64,000 nt of DNA, from NCBI RefSeq assembly GCF_009914755.1, contig NC_060939.1; one strand, given 5' to 3'. The position numbers and the translations under genes were made by a program. This document shows, one piece after another, positions 28,583 through 48,766 of this stretch (its first letter is position 1; each line of letters opens with the position of its first letter). The notes under the pieces are model-generated. The model saw nothing but the letters and a program-made list of their open reading frames with translations. It ran no database searches and had not been told where the DNA came from. Source of the stretch: the human T2T-CHM13v2.0 reference genome, Homo sapiens.

Positions 28583-30184
28583 AGATGACAACAAACTAGT
28601 TTCCTTCAACAGCAGAGATCATGATAAAGGGAATTAACTGCTTCAACAGTTTCACAAGTAGATAAAACCGAGCTTTTTTGGAAATGACACCCAATTAAAT
28701 GTATATCATCTGAGTTTTTCCACTTTTAAGAATCTTCTATGAATTCTTTTAGGGAAAATGCAACCAGAAACTTCAAGTTTGAACCTCTCTTAGATACTGA
28801 GACTTAATAAACAGATGAATTCATGAACAGTTTTTACAAATCTAAAAGCAGAAAAAGCTAAAAAGCATTTGGATATTTTATTAACATCTCTTTTAACCAA
28901 ACTGATAGCTTTAAGTTTTAAAAGGGCAGGCACTAAATTGTATTTTTTCATTGTTACCATATTCTTAGCTACCATAAAAATTATTCTTTATAAAAATAGA
29001 TAATATATTTTTTTACACTTTGGGGTAAAGAAGCCATTTTATTTTGGAAAAAAAAATTAACTGAAATTAACCTTTTTAAAATATCCTAAGAGAAATCAAG
29101 ATAGTATGGCGACAAACCCCAACATTCAACTTCCTCCCAAGTCTCTACCTAAATATCTGAAAACCTTTAAAAGAAAGATAAAGCCATTATTAGCATTAGC
29201 GTTGAAATCTTAAAGGTGTGATCAGCATGCTACAAATTTCAAGGAATTTAAAAATAAACTGAAAATTTTACACATAATAAAGAGAAAAAGAGATGAATTA
29301 GGAAAGCACACAATCAAAAATACTAATTTCAAACATAGAAAGGCTATGAAGAAAATGAAGTAACAAAGAACAGTGAAGAAAAGTTTTCCTACGTTTGTCA
29401 ATTACCATTTAAAAATAAATAAGAATTAATATTTAAAAATATGAGAGCTGTCACAGAACTATACACACACATCATACCAATGTCAAATTCTTGGTTTTGG
29501 TATTGTACTATATTATGTAGATGTAAGCACTGGGAGAAACAGGTGAAGGGTACACAGTACCTCTGTGAACTATCTTTGCTACTTATTGTAAACCTATAGT
29601 TATTTCAAAGCATATATATATATATATGAGACCAAAAATAAATAAAAATATACAAATGAGGCCTAAGATGAAGACGGATGCAGAGCGCTTTCCCTTTCCC
29701 TCAATTACCCCCTTGGTGCCTTCACTTCCTTCTCTGTCCAACTAAGTTGCCCATGGTAAATAACTTCAGCCAATCCTCCGCCTACATTTTAAACTCAGGC
29801 CCTATGTACTTTCCATTACAATGAAAAAAATCAATGTTAGATAGATCAAATTGCCTTCTCTTCTACATCCATCCTTCTTTGTCTACTGCATCCCAATATT
29901 AGTTCTCTTTCTTCACTTTTTAAGCAACTGTAGCTGGTACTAAGAATACACATTTAAGCTAAAGCAACTTAAGTCATGGAGGATTGAAATTGTTATCCTC
30001 CGGTGATTCATTCCTCTCTTTCATAGGAACAATCCCCAGCAGTAGCAAATACCTTTTAAAATATTCATACTTTCTGACCTAATAACTTGTACCTTGGGGA
30101 ATTTGCCTGTGAGAAAATAAGGGATGTTTGAGAAAATGCAGAGATAAGGCTATTCATTGTAGAGTCACTTACAATTAAATATAG

Positions 30185-30538
<354 letters not shown>

Positions 30539-31039
30539 TCTATTCAGCTATCTTAAATGATGTCAGATAAATGATTCTGCTGACATTGAAAATGGATACT
30601 ACAATTTTTTTAAAGAAAGAAAAGCAAGTTACAAAACCTTCTCTTGACTCCACATTGTCCACCACTTACTGCTCCATTTATCTGCTCTGCTTACAGCAAA
30701 GAATCATACTGTTCCTACTCACTGTCTCCCATTCCCAGTCGTTCATGCTCTCTCATTCCTATCAAGCTTCTGCCCACATTATTCTATAAAAATTGCTCTT
30801 AAGTTACTTCTTTATTACTAATTTCAGTGAAAGTTTTAGTTCCATGGTGGCATAAGCCATCTTCAACCCAAATAAAACTTCTGAACAAAATATAAAAAAG
30901 ATCTACCCAAGACTTTGAAAAGTAAGCAAAGCAGGCAAATAGTAGAAGGGGTCACAATTTGGAGAGTGACCTGCACAAGATTGAGTTTTCCATGACGTTT
31001 GTTTTTCTCACATGTTGTGCCCACCCCATTCCACCCCAC

Positions 31040-31565
31040 CACCATAATCTCCCATTTCTAATGTTCTTGCCCTTGAGCATGGGCATGACTTGCAACTAGT
31101 TTCTAAACAATAAAGTATGGCAAAGGTAATAAAATATACTTGATTCTGTGTACAATGTGTATGTTATATACACAAGACTTTAGTGACCATCCTGCTGCAG
31201 TTTCTCTCTTCTTTTGAAGAAGAAAGCTGCCATGTTATGGTTGTCTATGTTGGGAAGCCCATTAGGCAAGGAACTGAAGATGATATTTAGAAGCTGAGGG
31301 CAGCTCTAGCCAGAAATCAACAAAAAGCTGAAGCCTTCCATCCCACAGCCACGAAGAGCTAAATTCTGCCAAGGAAAGTGGATCCTCCATCAGTCACGTT
31401 TCAGATACCATAGTCCCAAACCAACATCTTGCAATATTTTAAAACCTTAAGCAGAGGACTCAATTAACCCATACCTAGACTCCAGACCCAGAGAAACTCA
31501 GAGATAATAGCTATGTGTTGTTTCAAGCCACTACGTTTGTTATACAGACATAGAAAACTACTATA
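31040..31565 (+). mobile_element. MaLR LTR (MLT1-type)
   Basis: cccttgagcatgggcatgacttg...tgttgtttcaagccactacgtttg...catagaaaactactataca. Confidence 0.65.
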
Positions 31566-31569
31566 CATG

Positions 31570-32518
31570 GCTCTGCCCTGAGCAAGGGCCTCACCATGGA
31601 GCACAGCAGAGGAACATGGAGCACAGTTGCACAGGCAGCTAAAACCCTGAGAAAAACTCCGTATTTCCGGCCAAGGAACCAGTAAATGGAGTTCATGAAG
31701 GCCAGAATGTATGTGAGAAAACCCTGGCAGGGAAAGAGCTGGAGAAGGGGATATCTCTTAATTCTGTATATGAACCTGTCAAAATCTCAGTCTAATACAA
31801 GCTTCACATATGTGAAACTAACCCAAACCAAAGTAGCAAAGGTCTTAGCCACATGAACTAATATGAACCACCCACGCAAGTCTCAAACTAACCCCAGTAA
31901 TATTCACGTGTAAAACAAACTCAAACTTACATACCAAAGGTTTAAAGAGCTGAACTGAAATCTGAACCACCATCCACAGAAGGCAAACACAACTTAGATT
32001 CATAACTTAACTAGGTTGTACACTAACACAAAATGTCAACATTTTCCAGAGGATTATAACAAGATCCAGAGATTATATAATAATCACAATGTCAAAAATA
32101 CAATCCAAAATTACTTGACATACGAAAACAAATAAAACTGAAAATGTAACCAATTCTCAAGGAAAAGATAATCAGCAGATGCCAGTAATCAGATAACTTC
32201 GATGTCTGATAGCTGGAACTATCAGAGAGGCACTGAAACTATAGTACATGACATAAAGGCAAACACACTGGAAATTACTAAAAAGATTGGAATCTTCAAT
32301 AGAGAAATGCAAACTATAAAAAAAAACTCAATAGTAATTTTAGACCTGAAAAATATAATATCTGAAATTAAAAACTCCCAGGATGGGTTCAATAGCAAAA
32401 TGAAGATGACAGAAGAAAGACAGAACTTGAAGATAGATCAACAGAAATTATCTAGCCTTAGAGAGAGAAAAAAGACTGCAGGAAAAAAAAATGATGAACA
32501 GAGCACCAAAAGGTCTAA

Positions 32519-32566
<48 letters not shown>

Positions 32567-32780
32567 TACACACATATATCTTATATATGAATACATATAT
32601 CTTATACATATGGCTGTTTTCATCCTTGCCTATATATTTTACATACATACATATATATATATATGTATAGAATATAAAATTAAGAGTCCAAATAATCAAG
32701 AGTGCAAAAGAAGAGAATAAAAAGAAATTGGTGCCAAAAAATTACTTGAAAAACGTCATGGCTAAAAATATCCCATATTT
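31570..32780 (+). mobile_element. Old L1M 5'/ORF1 remnant with an internal (CA)n(TA)n tract at 32520-32665
   Basis: ORF 32202..32720 has L1 ORF1 coiled-coil-like text (LKNIISEIKNSQDGFNS...TEER). Confidence 0.65.
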
Positions 32781-32784
32781 AGTA

Positions 32785-34070
32785 GGTTTAATGTTCAATT
32801 CTGTCCTATCTTAGTTAAAAAATCAGGTGCATCTGTCACAGTTGATCACTTTCTCTTCCTTGAAATTCTTTCTTCACTTGAATTTGAAGGTGTTACATTC
32901 ATACAGCTTCCCTATTACAACTCTGGCAATCCCTTTATGGTCACCTTTGCTGGTTCTTTCCCATCCCTCTGATTGTAACAATAGAAGCTTTGGATCTTTG
33001 CAACTCTCCTCTTCTCTAGCTATTCTAATTCCTGAGGTGATCTCATGCAATCTCATGGCTTTAAAGAAATCCATGTGCTGACCCTTCCTACATTTCTATA
33101 TCCAGCACAGACTCCTCTTCTGAACTCCACATAATTGCCTACTCCACTGCCCCTCTGAGGTCTAAGAGATAGCTAAAACTTAATAGGTCCCAAACTGAAC
33201 TCCTGGTCTTCTCTCATCTCACTCAAGCTTGTTCTCTCCCATCTTCCCCCTCTTATTTGATAGCAAATCCATCCTTCCAACTGCTCCAAGTCAAAATATT
33301 TAAAGGCATTTTTTACTCTCTCTCCTACAACTCACATCTAGTCAGTCAGGAAATACTGGCTGTACCCTCAAAGTATATCTAGAATCTGACCCTTTCTGAT
33401 CACCTTTATTTGCAACCATTCTCAGTAAAGCTACTATCACCACTCATCTCAACTATTTCAATAGCCTCCTAACTGCTCCCCCTGTCTTCACTCTTGCCTT
33501 CCTTCCTACAGTCTGCTTTCAAAGTAGCCAGGGTGAATTTTAAAACTTATGCCAGATCATATCACCCTGTTTCAAAACCTACTATTAGTTTCCCAATTCA
33601 GAGTAAGAGCCAAAATCCACACAATGGCTTGTAAGATGCTACACAATCTGGCAATCTCAACTCCCACGAGCAGCCCTCCCATTCCTCTGCTACCTTACTT
33701 CTCTGACCTCATCAACCACCACTCTTCCCTCTCTCAGGACTCCAGTTAGTTTCCTGAATGAGCCAGGTATGTTCCAACCCCAAAACCTTTAAGCAGTTAC
33801 ACTTTATTATTTCTGCCTGGTTATACCTTTCCCTTAGATATCTTTCTGGCTGATTGCCCCATGGTCTTCAGATCTTTGCTCAAATGTTTCCTTGTTAGTG
33901 AGGCTTTTCCTGACAACCCTGTTTAAAACTGCAAATCATTATCACTGACTAGCTTCAGTGCTCCTTATATTCTTTCCTACTTTATTCTTATTGAAGTACT
34001 TATTAACCTTGTCCCCTACTACAATATAAATAAAAGATTTTTGTCTGTTTTGTTCATTTATGTAGGCTAA
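32785..34070 (+). mobile_element. L2 (degenerate)
   Basis: Pyrimidine-rich L2-like sequence (ccagcacagactcctcttctgaactcca, atagcctcctaactg, tgtctgttttgttca); boundaries approximate. Confidence 0.7.
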
Positions 34071-34104
34071 TGCAAATGATAATGACAATGAAAAAAAATC
34101 ACGT

Positions 34105-34335
34105 GTTTAGTAACTGCTATGTGCCAGGCACATAATCATTTAAGTGTTTTACATGAATTATGAGGTACTCCTAACAATAACCCTAAGACATAGGTACTAC
34201 TAATTAATCTCATCTCACAAATCAGGAAACTAAGGCACAGAGGGGTCAAACGGCCCAAAATCATATAATTAGTAGATGGCAAAGCTGGGATCAGAATCCA
34301 GACCATCTGACTCCCAAGTCTATACTTTTAGCCAT
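34105..34335 (-). mobile_element. MIR
   Basis: atgtgccaggcac...ggaaactaaggcacagaggggtcaa...agaatccagacc. Confidence 0.7.
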
Positions 34336-34390
34336 AATGCAAGCATAACAGACACTCAGTGAGTACTTGCTAAACAAATGAACAAGTGTA

Positions 34391-35136
<746 letters not shown>

Positions 35137-35437
35137 TATATGCCTTAATCTCATTTAAAAGTATGAGTAAGTACATGGACATCTGTAACTATAAAAAGGA
35201 CTAAAAGGATATACAGAAAGGTATTAACAGTAGTTACTTTTAGTTTCTGAGATGAGTGTTTTTGTTTTATTTATCTATATTTTCTAATTTTTCTACAATG
35301 AGTTACATTGCATTTGTAATTTTTTTTCATTACCAAAAAGTCATGTTACAGAATCTTAGAAATGACATGGAACACTGCGCACAAGGCATCAATAAATAAG
35401 CAGTTATAAAACATTATCAGTAGATCATTTCCAATTT

Positions 35438-35585
35438 CAGAAAGAAAGGAAAAAAAGGAAGAAAGTGAAGGAAAGAGGAAGGAAGGAAAGGAGAAAAGAA
35501 AGAAGAGAGGGAGAGAAGGAAGAAGGAAGGGAAGGAAGAGGAAACAAAGAAAAAGTAAAAAAAAAAAAAAAAGGAGATAAAAAGC
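35438..35585. repeat. GA-rich low-complexity tract
   Basis: Nearly pure purine run (gaaagaaaggaaaaaaaggaagaaag...). Confidence 0.85.
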
Positions 35586-35678
35586 ATAAATACGCAGGTA
35601 TATAAGCATGGGAGAAAAACTGATAGCCAAAATTATCACAGTAGTATTCTAAGTTGTCAGAATTATAGATGTCTTTTA

Positions 35679-36036
<358 letters not shown>

Positions 36037-36214
36037 TAAGGTTTTTTTTCCCCTTCATATTAGTGGCTTTTTTTCAGTACTCCAGTTTCTTTTCTCCTGA
36101 GACTAAATTAAGCAATAAAAACCTCACCTCGTGAAACTTCAATTTCTTGATCCTAGGTTTAAAAGCGGGCATTAACATGTTTAAAACATAAAATCAGCTA
36201 ATAAAAATGATTAC

Positions 36215-36277
36215 CTCAACTTGTGCTTGTTGCCTTGCTAAAATTATGTTAAAAACATCTAGAGTCTTCTCCAAGTC
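36215..36277 (-). CDS. VPS13C: VPS13C exon 16 (63 nt) DLEKTLDVFNIILARQQAQVE
   Basis: CAG|GAC...GAG|GTAATC; phase 0/0. Confidence 0.95.
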
Positions 36278-37143
36278 CTGTAAAAAACAGAGGCACTTAT
36301 AAACAAGAAATTTAATCATTAGATAAAAGAAATTTTTCTTTCATGATTTCTAGGCATATCTAGTCCATTATCAGTACCTGTGACCTAATGAAAGTATTAG
36401 TATAAATTTGAATGTATTCTAGACTTTTAAATTTTTTAATTTTTTACAGTAAGAGAAAATAAGTTTTCTAAGAAAATAAATCCTCATTAAATATAGTATG
36501 AAAATAATTTTTCTGTGAGACCATTATAATTAACACATAGACATAAATGCACATGAAAACAAGAATATTTAGGAAGAGGACTTGTTTTACATTTATCATC
36601 CTTATGATTCTTACTTCTAACTCCCCCCATTCTTATCATTACATAGCCATTGTACTAACGGTGACATTACAAAACACATAATATTTAAGAATGTAAAATT
36701 CTGCAAATCAATAATTAGGCTAAAGTAGAAACTGATTTGAGGCATTTATATAAAAGTACGTGGGGGAATCCAACATTAACCAGGTGACCTGTGTTCCAAG
36801 TGCTTTATGTGCTGTCTCATACAATTCTCACCACTCTGTAAGACAGATATTGTTACCATTTTATATACGAGAACACTAGACCTGAGAGTTTGAGAAACTT
36901 GTGTCCATAATCAGAAGGACACTTGGTAAATATCCAAGTCAGTACTTGAACCCAAATCCATCTGACGCCAATAACTACGCTTTTTCTAATATTTCACACT
37001 GGTGATTGTGATATACTTCAGAAAAATAGGAATTCAACTCATTTTTCACATTATGAATCATTGCTAGAAATAGTTCTATAACTGAAATCATAAGACATTA
37101 AGCAAATTATGTATCCAGTGTGTTTCTACCTTTTATTTTTTTT

Positions 37144-41683
<4,540 letters not shown>

Positions 41684-41722
41684 TAAGACCTCTTCTTTCC
41701 CGAGAAGTAAAAGCTGTTTTTT

Positions 41723-42558
41723 TGTTTTTGTTTTTTTTTAAAGAAATTCTTATTTTTTTTATTATTATTATTATACTTTAAGTTCTAGGGTACATGCGCA
41801 CATTGTGCAGGTTTGTTACATATGTATACATGTGCCATGTTGGTGTGCTGCACCCATTAACTCATCATTTAGCATTAGGTATATCTGCTAATGCTATCCC
41901 TCCCCTCTCCCCGCACCCCACAACAGTCCCCGGTGTGTGATGTTCCCCTTCCTGTGTCCATGTGTTCTCATTGTTCAATTCCCACCTATGAGTGAGAATA
42001 TGCGGTGTTTGGTTTTTTGTCCTTGCGATAGTTTGCTGAGAATGATGGTTTCCAGTTTCATCCATGTCCCTACAAGGGACATGAACTCATCATTTTTTAT
42101 GGCTGCATAGTATTCCATGGTGTATATGTGCCACATTTTCTTAATCCAGTCTATCGTTGTTGGACATTTGGATTGGTTCCAAGTCTTTGCTATTGTGAAT
42201 AGTGCCGCAATAAACATATGTGTGCATGTGTCTTTATAGCAGCGTGATTTATAATCCTTTGGGTACATACCCAGTAACGGGATGGCTGGGTCAAATGGTA
42301 TTTCTAGTTCTGGATCCCTGAGGAATCGCCACACTGACTTCCACAATGGTTGAACTAGTTTACAATCCCACCAACAGTGTAAAAGTGTTCCTATTTCTCC
42401 ACATCCTCTCCAGCACCTGTTGTTTCCTGACTTTTTAATGGTCGCCATTCTAACTGGTGTGAGATGGTATCTCATTGTGGTTTTGATTTGCATTTCTCTG
42501 ATGGCCAGTGATGATGAGCATTTTTTCATGTGTTTTTTGGCTGCATAAATGTCTTCTT
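41723..42558 (-). mobile_element. 5'-truncated L1PA (PA4/5-like), 3' ~0.8 kb
   Basis: ORF2 C-terminus (ORF 41975..42529) plus 3' UTR; TSD agtaaaagctgtttttt at 41706-41722 and 42559-42575. Confidence 0.93.
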
Positions 42559-42960
42559 AGTAAAAGCTGTTTTTTATAAATAATATTTTGAAGTATTTTG
42601 AAAAGCCACTACCGTATAAATACAGGATGTTTACTAACAAAACAAGATATATCTATCTAATAAACACATATTTAAACAGCTCTGATACTGACTTCCTAAA
42701 CATTATTATAAAAACCAGACACCTTTCCCCAAATTGTTTACAGTAACCTTATTTTATCTGATATTTGCAGGGGGAAAAAAAGTTTTTTTAAAGAAGAAAA
42801 ACTGGAAAAAAAAAATTCTGCATTTTCCCACATAATTCTCTCTCAAAAAGAGGTGAATTCTGTTCTTCCTAAAATTATTTTTTGATTCAAATTACATGCA
42901 GAAGAATATTAAAGGATGATTAGACAAATAATAGCTCTCACTAATATATGCAAGATATAC

Positions 42961-43132
42961 CTGAATTTCTTTCTGTATTTCTTCTGAGACTTTAGACTGT
43001 GTTAACTTGTTTTTGTAGGCAATTTTATAACTCTTGAGTAACTGCCTGTGCTTTTTTATGTTACTCCATGACCACATCTGTGTATACCTTCTTATATGAA
43101 CTTCAAGAACAGAATCAATTGCATATTTCCAC
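42961..43132 (-). CDS. VPS13C: VPS13C exon 15 (172 nt) (W)WKYAIDSVL...IQKEIQ
   Basis: CAG|G...CAG|GTATAT; phase 2/0; ORF 42892..43143. Confidence 0.96.
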
Positions 43133-43483
43133 CTGAAAATCAAATTTTGTTAACGTAAATGTTAATATAAAGGTTTAAGAGAAAACAGGAAAAGTCTTGA
43201 CATTTTAGATCTTATGCTGTCAAATTTTTTGTTCTTCTTAACTGTCTTCCTATAAGAGCTCAGCAATTCCCAGCAAAATTGTCTGACTTAAATAGACTTA
43301 GATATAAGAAAACCCTTAAGGAACAGACTTTGCCAAAGCAAAATCCAAAAGGCACAAAACGACATGTGGGAAATAGCATTCCAGTATGGTTATAACACTG
43401 AGTCTATGTGGATGACTGATAAGCGATAAAACTTTTATAAAAATGTTGAATGTCTTGAATGTTAAGTTAAGAATTTGGGAACC

Positions 43484-44216
<733 letters not shown>

Positions 44217-44307
44217 TTACTTGGCTTTTAAAGGTTGCTTAACTCTGAGAGTAACTAAATATATGATTATATGTTCCTCACAAAACAAAAAACAAATTCT
44301 AACTTAC

Positions 44308-44414
44308 CATCGTCGACCATTGGTATGAAGTGGTAAATAAGGCTTGTATTTCCTATAAGGCGCATTCCTAACCATATAATCCACTGACTCCAAAAGGTCA
44401 ATCATACTTAAGTA
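44308..44414 (-). CDS. VPS13C: VPS13C exon 14 (107 nt) YLSMIDLLES...TNGRR(W)
   Basis: CAG|TAC...CGATG|GTAAGT; phase 0/2. Confidence 0.95.
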
Positions 44415-44545
44415 CTGTTAAAACAAAAATAAAATTATATTTATTACACTGTATATATAAAAAAAAGACTAAATTTAATTCTATTTTTTAGGCTAGTGAG
44501 ACTCCAAATACCCTGAACAATGTTGCCTGGTAGTCCAATAATATA

Positions 44546-44763
44546 CTATATTTCATCAAATTTAAGATGCTATCAATTACAAGTATACTACAGTTCATCA
44601 AATTTAAGACACTATCAATTTTAAGTTGTAATATAATTTTAGGTTCTACTACAAAAGAAAACTGCTGTTAATTAAATTGTCTTATCACCAATATATATAC
44701 ACATCCTATTTTCAAATGTTAAAATGCAAACTAAATGAACATCTTAGAAACAATGAAATATGG
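44546..44763. mobile_element. TcMar-Tc2-like MITE (MER104/Kanga-related) with a duplicated left end
   Basis: TA-flanked imperfect TIRs ctatatttcatcaaatttaagatg ... catcttagaaacaatgaaatatgg. Confidence 0.55.
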
Positions 44764-45069
44764 TATCTGTAAACTATGATATAAAATATGCCTGTTTCTA
44801 AGACTATATATTTTTCCTCTGGATCATCATTTCAGCAGTAGCTGTCTATGAGCTGATTTTGAAATTACTGCAAAAAATTATTGCATAACCAAAGCAACAT
44901 AAAGCTATTTAAGCAGCCATCTTACCATCAACACAGCAACTCTGTGTAGATCTGACAAAACAGTTCAAATGGAGGGAAACATAAACCCAGAGGTAACATG
45001 AAAGCAGAGAAGATTAAAAAAAAAAAAGGGGGCAAGTCTAGCTTCCTCCTCTCTAATTTTTCACGGAAT

Positions 45070-45335
45070 GCAGTTCTAACTAAAGGTTACCTACCATGCG
45101 GCTGTTTATCACTTGAAATGTGTCTAGTCTGAACTTAAATGTATTTTAAGTGATGTGAAATGTCTCATTATAACTTTTTACATTTATTATATGTTGATAT
45201 GATTAATATTTTGGAAATATTAAGTTAAATAAAATGTATTATGAAAGTTAATTTCACCTTTTTCTTTTTACATTGTTAACACAGCTACTAGAAAATCTAA
45301 AATTACAACTTGCATTACATTTTTATTTAACAGAA
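45070..45335. mobile_element. MER3/MER33-type hAT-Charlie remnant
   Basis: cacttgaaatgtgtctagtctgaac...gctactagaaaatctaaaattaca. Confidence 0.6.
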
Positions 45336-45558
45336 TTGTACAAAAAAGCTAAATTAGCTAAATCTCCTGTCCTCCTTTCACTTCCAGTTCACCAAGCCTG
45401 TCACCCCAACTCTCTGGGCATATAACCATGCTTGGGAAACAAATAGAGGAAAAAGCTGCCAACATAGCTGTTCTAAAAATTAAAGAAACAATATTTAATA
45501 AGAGTCTCTTCCATTAAAAACTGAGGAGGGAAAAACACATTAAAATCTTCCATCAACA

Positions 45559-45925
<367 letters not shown>

Positions 45926-46124
45926 TTAGGAAAAGATGAAATAAAATTTTAAAAAACTACTTAAATTTGAAATTCATTTTCTTTAAAACAAAAATTTTTA
46001 AACAGTCAAATCTCAACATAACAAACCCCAAAAAACCACCAACCACTAGAGAAGTAATAATCACAAATAAAAGCAGTCAAGATTCAAGGCTAATCAAAGC
46101 TGGAAATATCCACATGAATCATAC

Positions 46125-46252
46125 CTGAGGTTTGGTCAGTTCAATGGCAATATTTTGTATTTCTATGTTGCAATCCAGTTTGGGCGTTTTGAGCTCTGAT
46201 TCTGCATAAGGATTCATGTAGAGTTTTGCAGAGGCTGATATTGGCTGGAAAA
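46125..46252 (-). CDS. VPS13C: VPS13C exon 13 (128 nt) (I)FQPISASAKL...ELTKPQ
   Basis: GTAAG|TT...CAG|GTATGA; phase 1/0. Confidence 0.93.
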
Positions 46253-47759
46253 CTTACATCACATGGGAAGACATAAGATATGTTCATATGCTTTTACATA
46301 TAAACAAGTGTAAATAATTATGAGAACACTGTTACTCTAGAAGTAAAGAAAAATGATCAAAAATGTGTGTAACAAAATCACTACCAAAAAATATTTAAGC
46401 AATTTAAGCTTCTACTTATATGCATAATAATAAGCTCGATGGTTAAAGCGAAATCTCCAAGGAGGAAATTGGAATCCCATGCTTCTAGGTAAGAAATGTA
46501 TAAAAGAGACAGACAATCTACTCTTGGTTATTCACAGTCTGCATAAAATTAGACTTCTCTTCCTTGTTGCAAGACATTTAATGATTGTATTATTCATTAA
46601 AAATACTAATACAAAAAAGGAAATAAGATCTGATAAATTTGTCTTATTTAATCACTAGCAGAATTTAGTAACAAAATCATGAATAAAATTCATTCCAAAA
46701 AAAGAAACTGCTCACCACTTTATTATTGTCAAAATAATCATTACGTATATAACCTTAGAATCAACTAAAGAAAATAATCTTCAAGTTGAGAAGTAATATA
46801 AAAAGGTGTATCAGGGAAGATGATAGGGGAATGCAAGGTGATAAATTTTAACTGTGAATAGTATCAAACTATAAAAACTGTGATATCTCATGGTAATTAC
46901 AATTTGCATAAGACTGTACAAAATTTTCAACTGCTTTAAAAGCTAGTTATAAATGGAAAATGCCTAAGAATGAAATTGTAGATTTTCCTTAACTATTTAT
47001 TACCATTAATGAACCTAAATGATTTCACAAACTAGCAGCACTTGAAAGTTTTATCATCAAAAAATGTAGGGATCTATGTAACATAAGTGCCAACTATTAT
47101 CCAGCGTCAATTAGTTATAAAAGAACACGAAGAAAACAACAGTGAACCAGAGTAATACGGAACAACGTGAGTATGAAAGCTGAGAAAAATCATAAAGGGG
47201 TATACTAATAAAAAACCAATAGCTTCATTACCATGAAACTGAAATAAAGAAAACAGATGGAAAAAATAAATAAATAACAGGAAGCTTTGTTAGAGATCCA
47301 GTTGTAAAATAAAGGTGAGGCTGCCAAGAAATAGAAAAGCTCACTAAAAAAATTCTCTAGAGTGGCAGGATTATGTTAACACTGCAATAGTAACATAAGG
47401 GTGACCTGAATACCAGAATCTCAGAGATTTAGTTATTTTTTGAAAAAAGAAAGAAAATCTAAATCCTAAAACAAAGAATACAGTAGCAAGCTAAGAAGAA
47501 TACATGGAATTCAAAGAAAGTTGGCTGTAGGGAATGAACTACAGCTATACTGCCCTTCTCTCTCTCTTATTCTCCAGTGGTGTGTGTTACGATCTATTCC
47601 TAAATAATAAGTTATAACCCAAACATGTTGTATCATAATAGTAAGGTATAAAATTAATATACTTTGACTAAGTAAGTTTATCAGAAAACTATGTTAAAAT
47701 AATGTATTTAATTCTATGTTTCTTCCTATAACATGAAATAAACTTTTACTATTACTTAC

Positions 47760-47817
47760 TGTATTGATAATTTGGGGGTATATTTCCACTTGTAAGAATT
47801 TCATTTTTCAGCTGATC
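47760..47817 (-). CDS. VPS13C: VPS13C exon 12 (58 nt) DQLKNEILTSGNIPPNYQY
   Basis: TAG|GAT...TACA|GTAAGT; phase 0/1. Confidence 0.95.
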
Positions 47818-47873
47818 CTAAACAAAAAATTTGAATGAGAATGAAAAAGAAAATGCACACATATTCAGACTCA

Positions 47874-47874
<1 letters not shown>

Positions 47875-47905
<31 letters not shown>
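47875..47905. repeat. (CA)n microsatellite, i.e. (UG)n in the pre-mRNA, just upstream of exon 12
   Basis: About 15 uninterrupted AC units. Confidence 0.9.
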
Positions 47906-47907
<2 letters not shown>

Positions 47908-48685
47908 GCTTGGTTCTTCATCAATATCTTTGCTTCTCTGTTACTAGTAGTCAATAAGAAAAATACACGGAGCATTATTTATAAGTATAAAGATACAGAA
48001 GCAGATAATTTTAAGAATTCTGTATGTCTACAAACAACCTTGTAGTATGTCCACTCTGACTCCGAAAAAATGTACATATATGTATATCCATACACTGCGA
48101 TTTCAGACACATTCTAGTCACAGGCAAATCATATGTTACAGTATCTTTCTGAGAAATCAGAGATAGAAGATTGAAATTTATCCAGTTCTAAAAATTGAAT
48201 TGTTCTTTCTTTAATCTCTAAGTAAATAAACATGGCTAAGACTGGTTTAGCACATTGAAGTTTTGAATTAATCTTCTACTATTCAGAAAATCATCACAAA
48301 TGTCTAAAACATGTGTCAAAGATACATGCTTTATATCTGAGAAATATTATCTTTATAATACTCTTAATCATTCTGATATGAAATATCAGAATGTGACAAG
48401 AATGTCATCAAAATGAGAATGTAAAAAAGCATAAATACAGTTTTAATTTAATACCATGGGCTCTGATATCACTGCCCAGTGAATGATTTCACAAACATCT
48501 TCAAAAACAAAACTGCTTTTGTGAAGACACATAGTGGGTTTGAAAGGATGTTTTTCATATTTCTGATTTAGTGAAATACAAGTTAAACAAATGGCTGATA
48601 TCCTGTCCTCATGAAGGCCCTCTTATATTAAACAAATTTAGGGATGGGAGTGAAGTTAGCTCTTCCAAGTATACATTAATATTAC

Positions 48686-48766
48686 CAAAATCTGTTCCCT
48701 TGATCTCTGGTAAGACATGCTGCAATTTACATTCCAGTAGGCGCTAAGACTATCAAGTCGTATAAG
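48686..48766 (-). CDS. VPS13C: VPS13C exon 11 (81 nt) LIRLDSLSAYWNV...REQIL
   Basis: TAG|CTT...TTG|GTAATA; phase 0/0. Confidence 0.95.
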
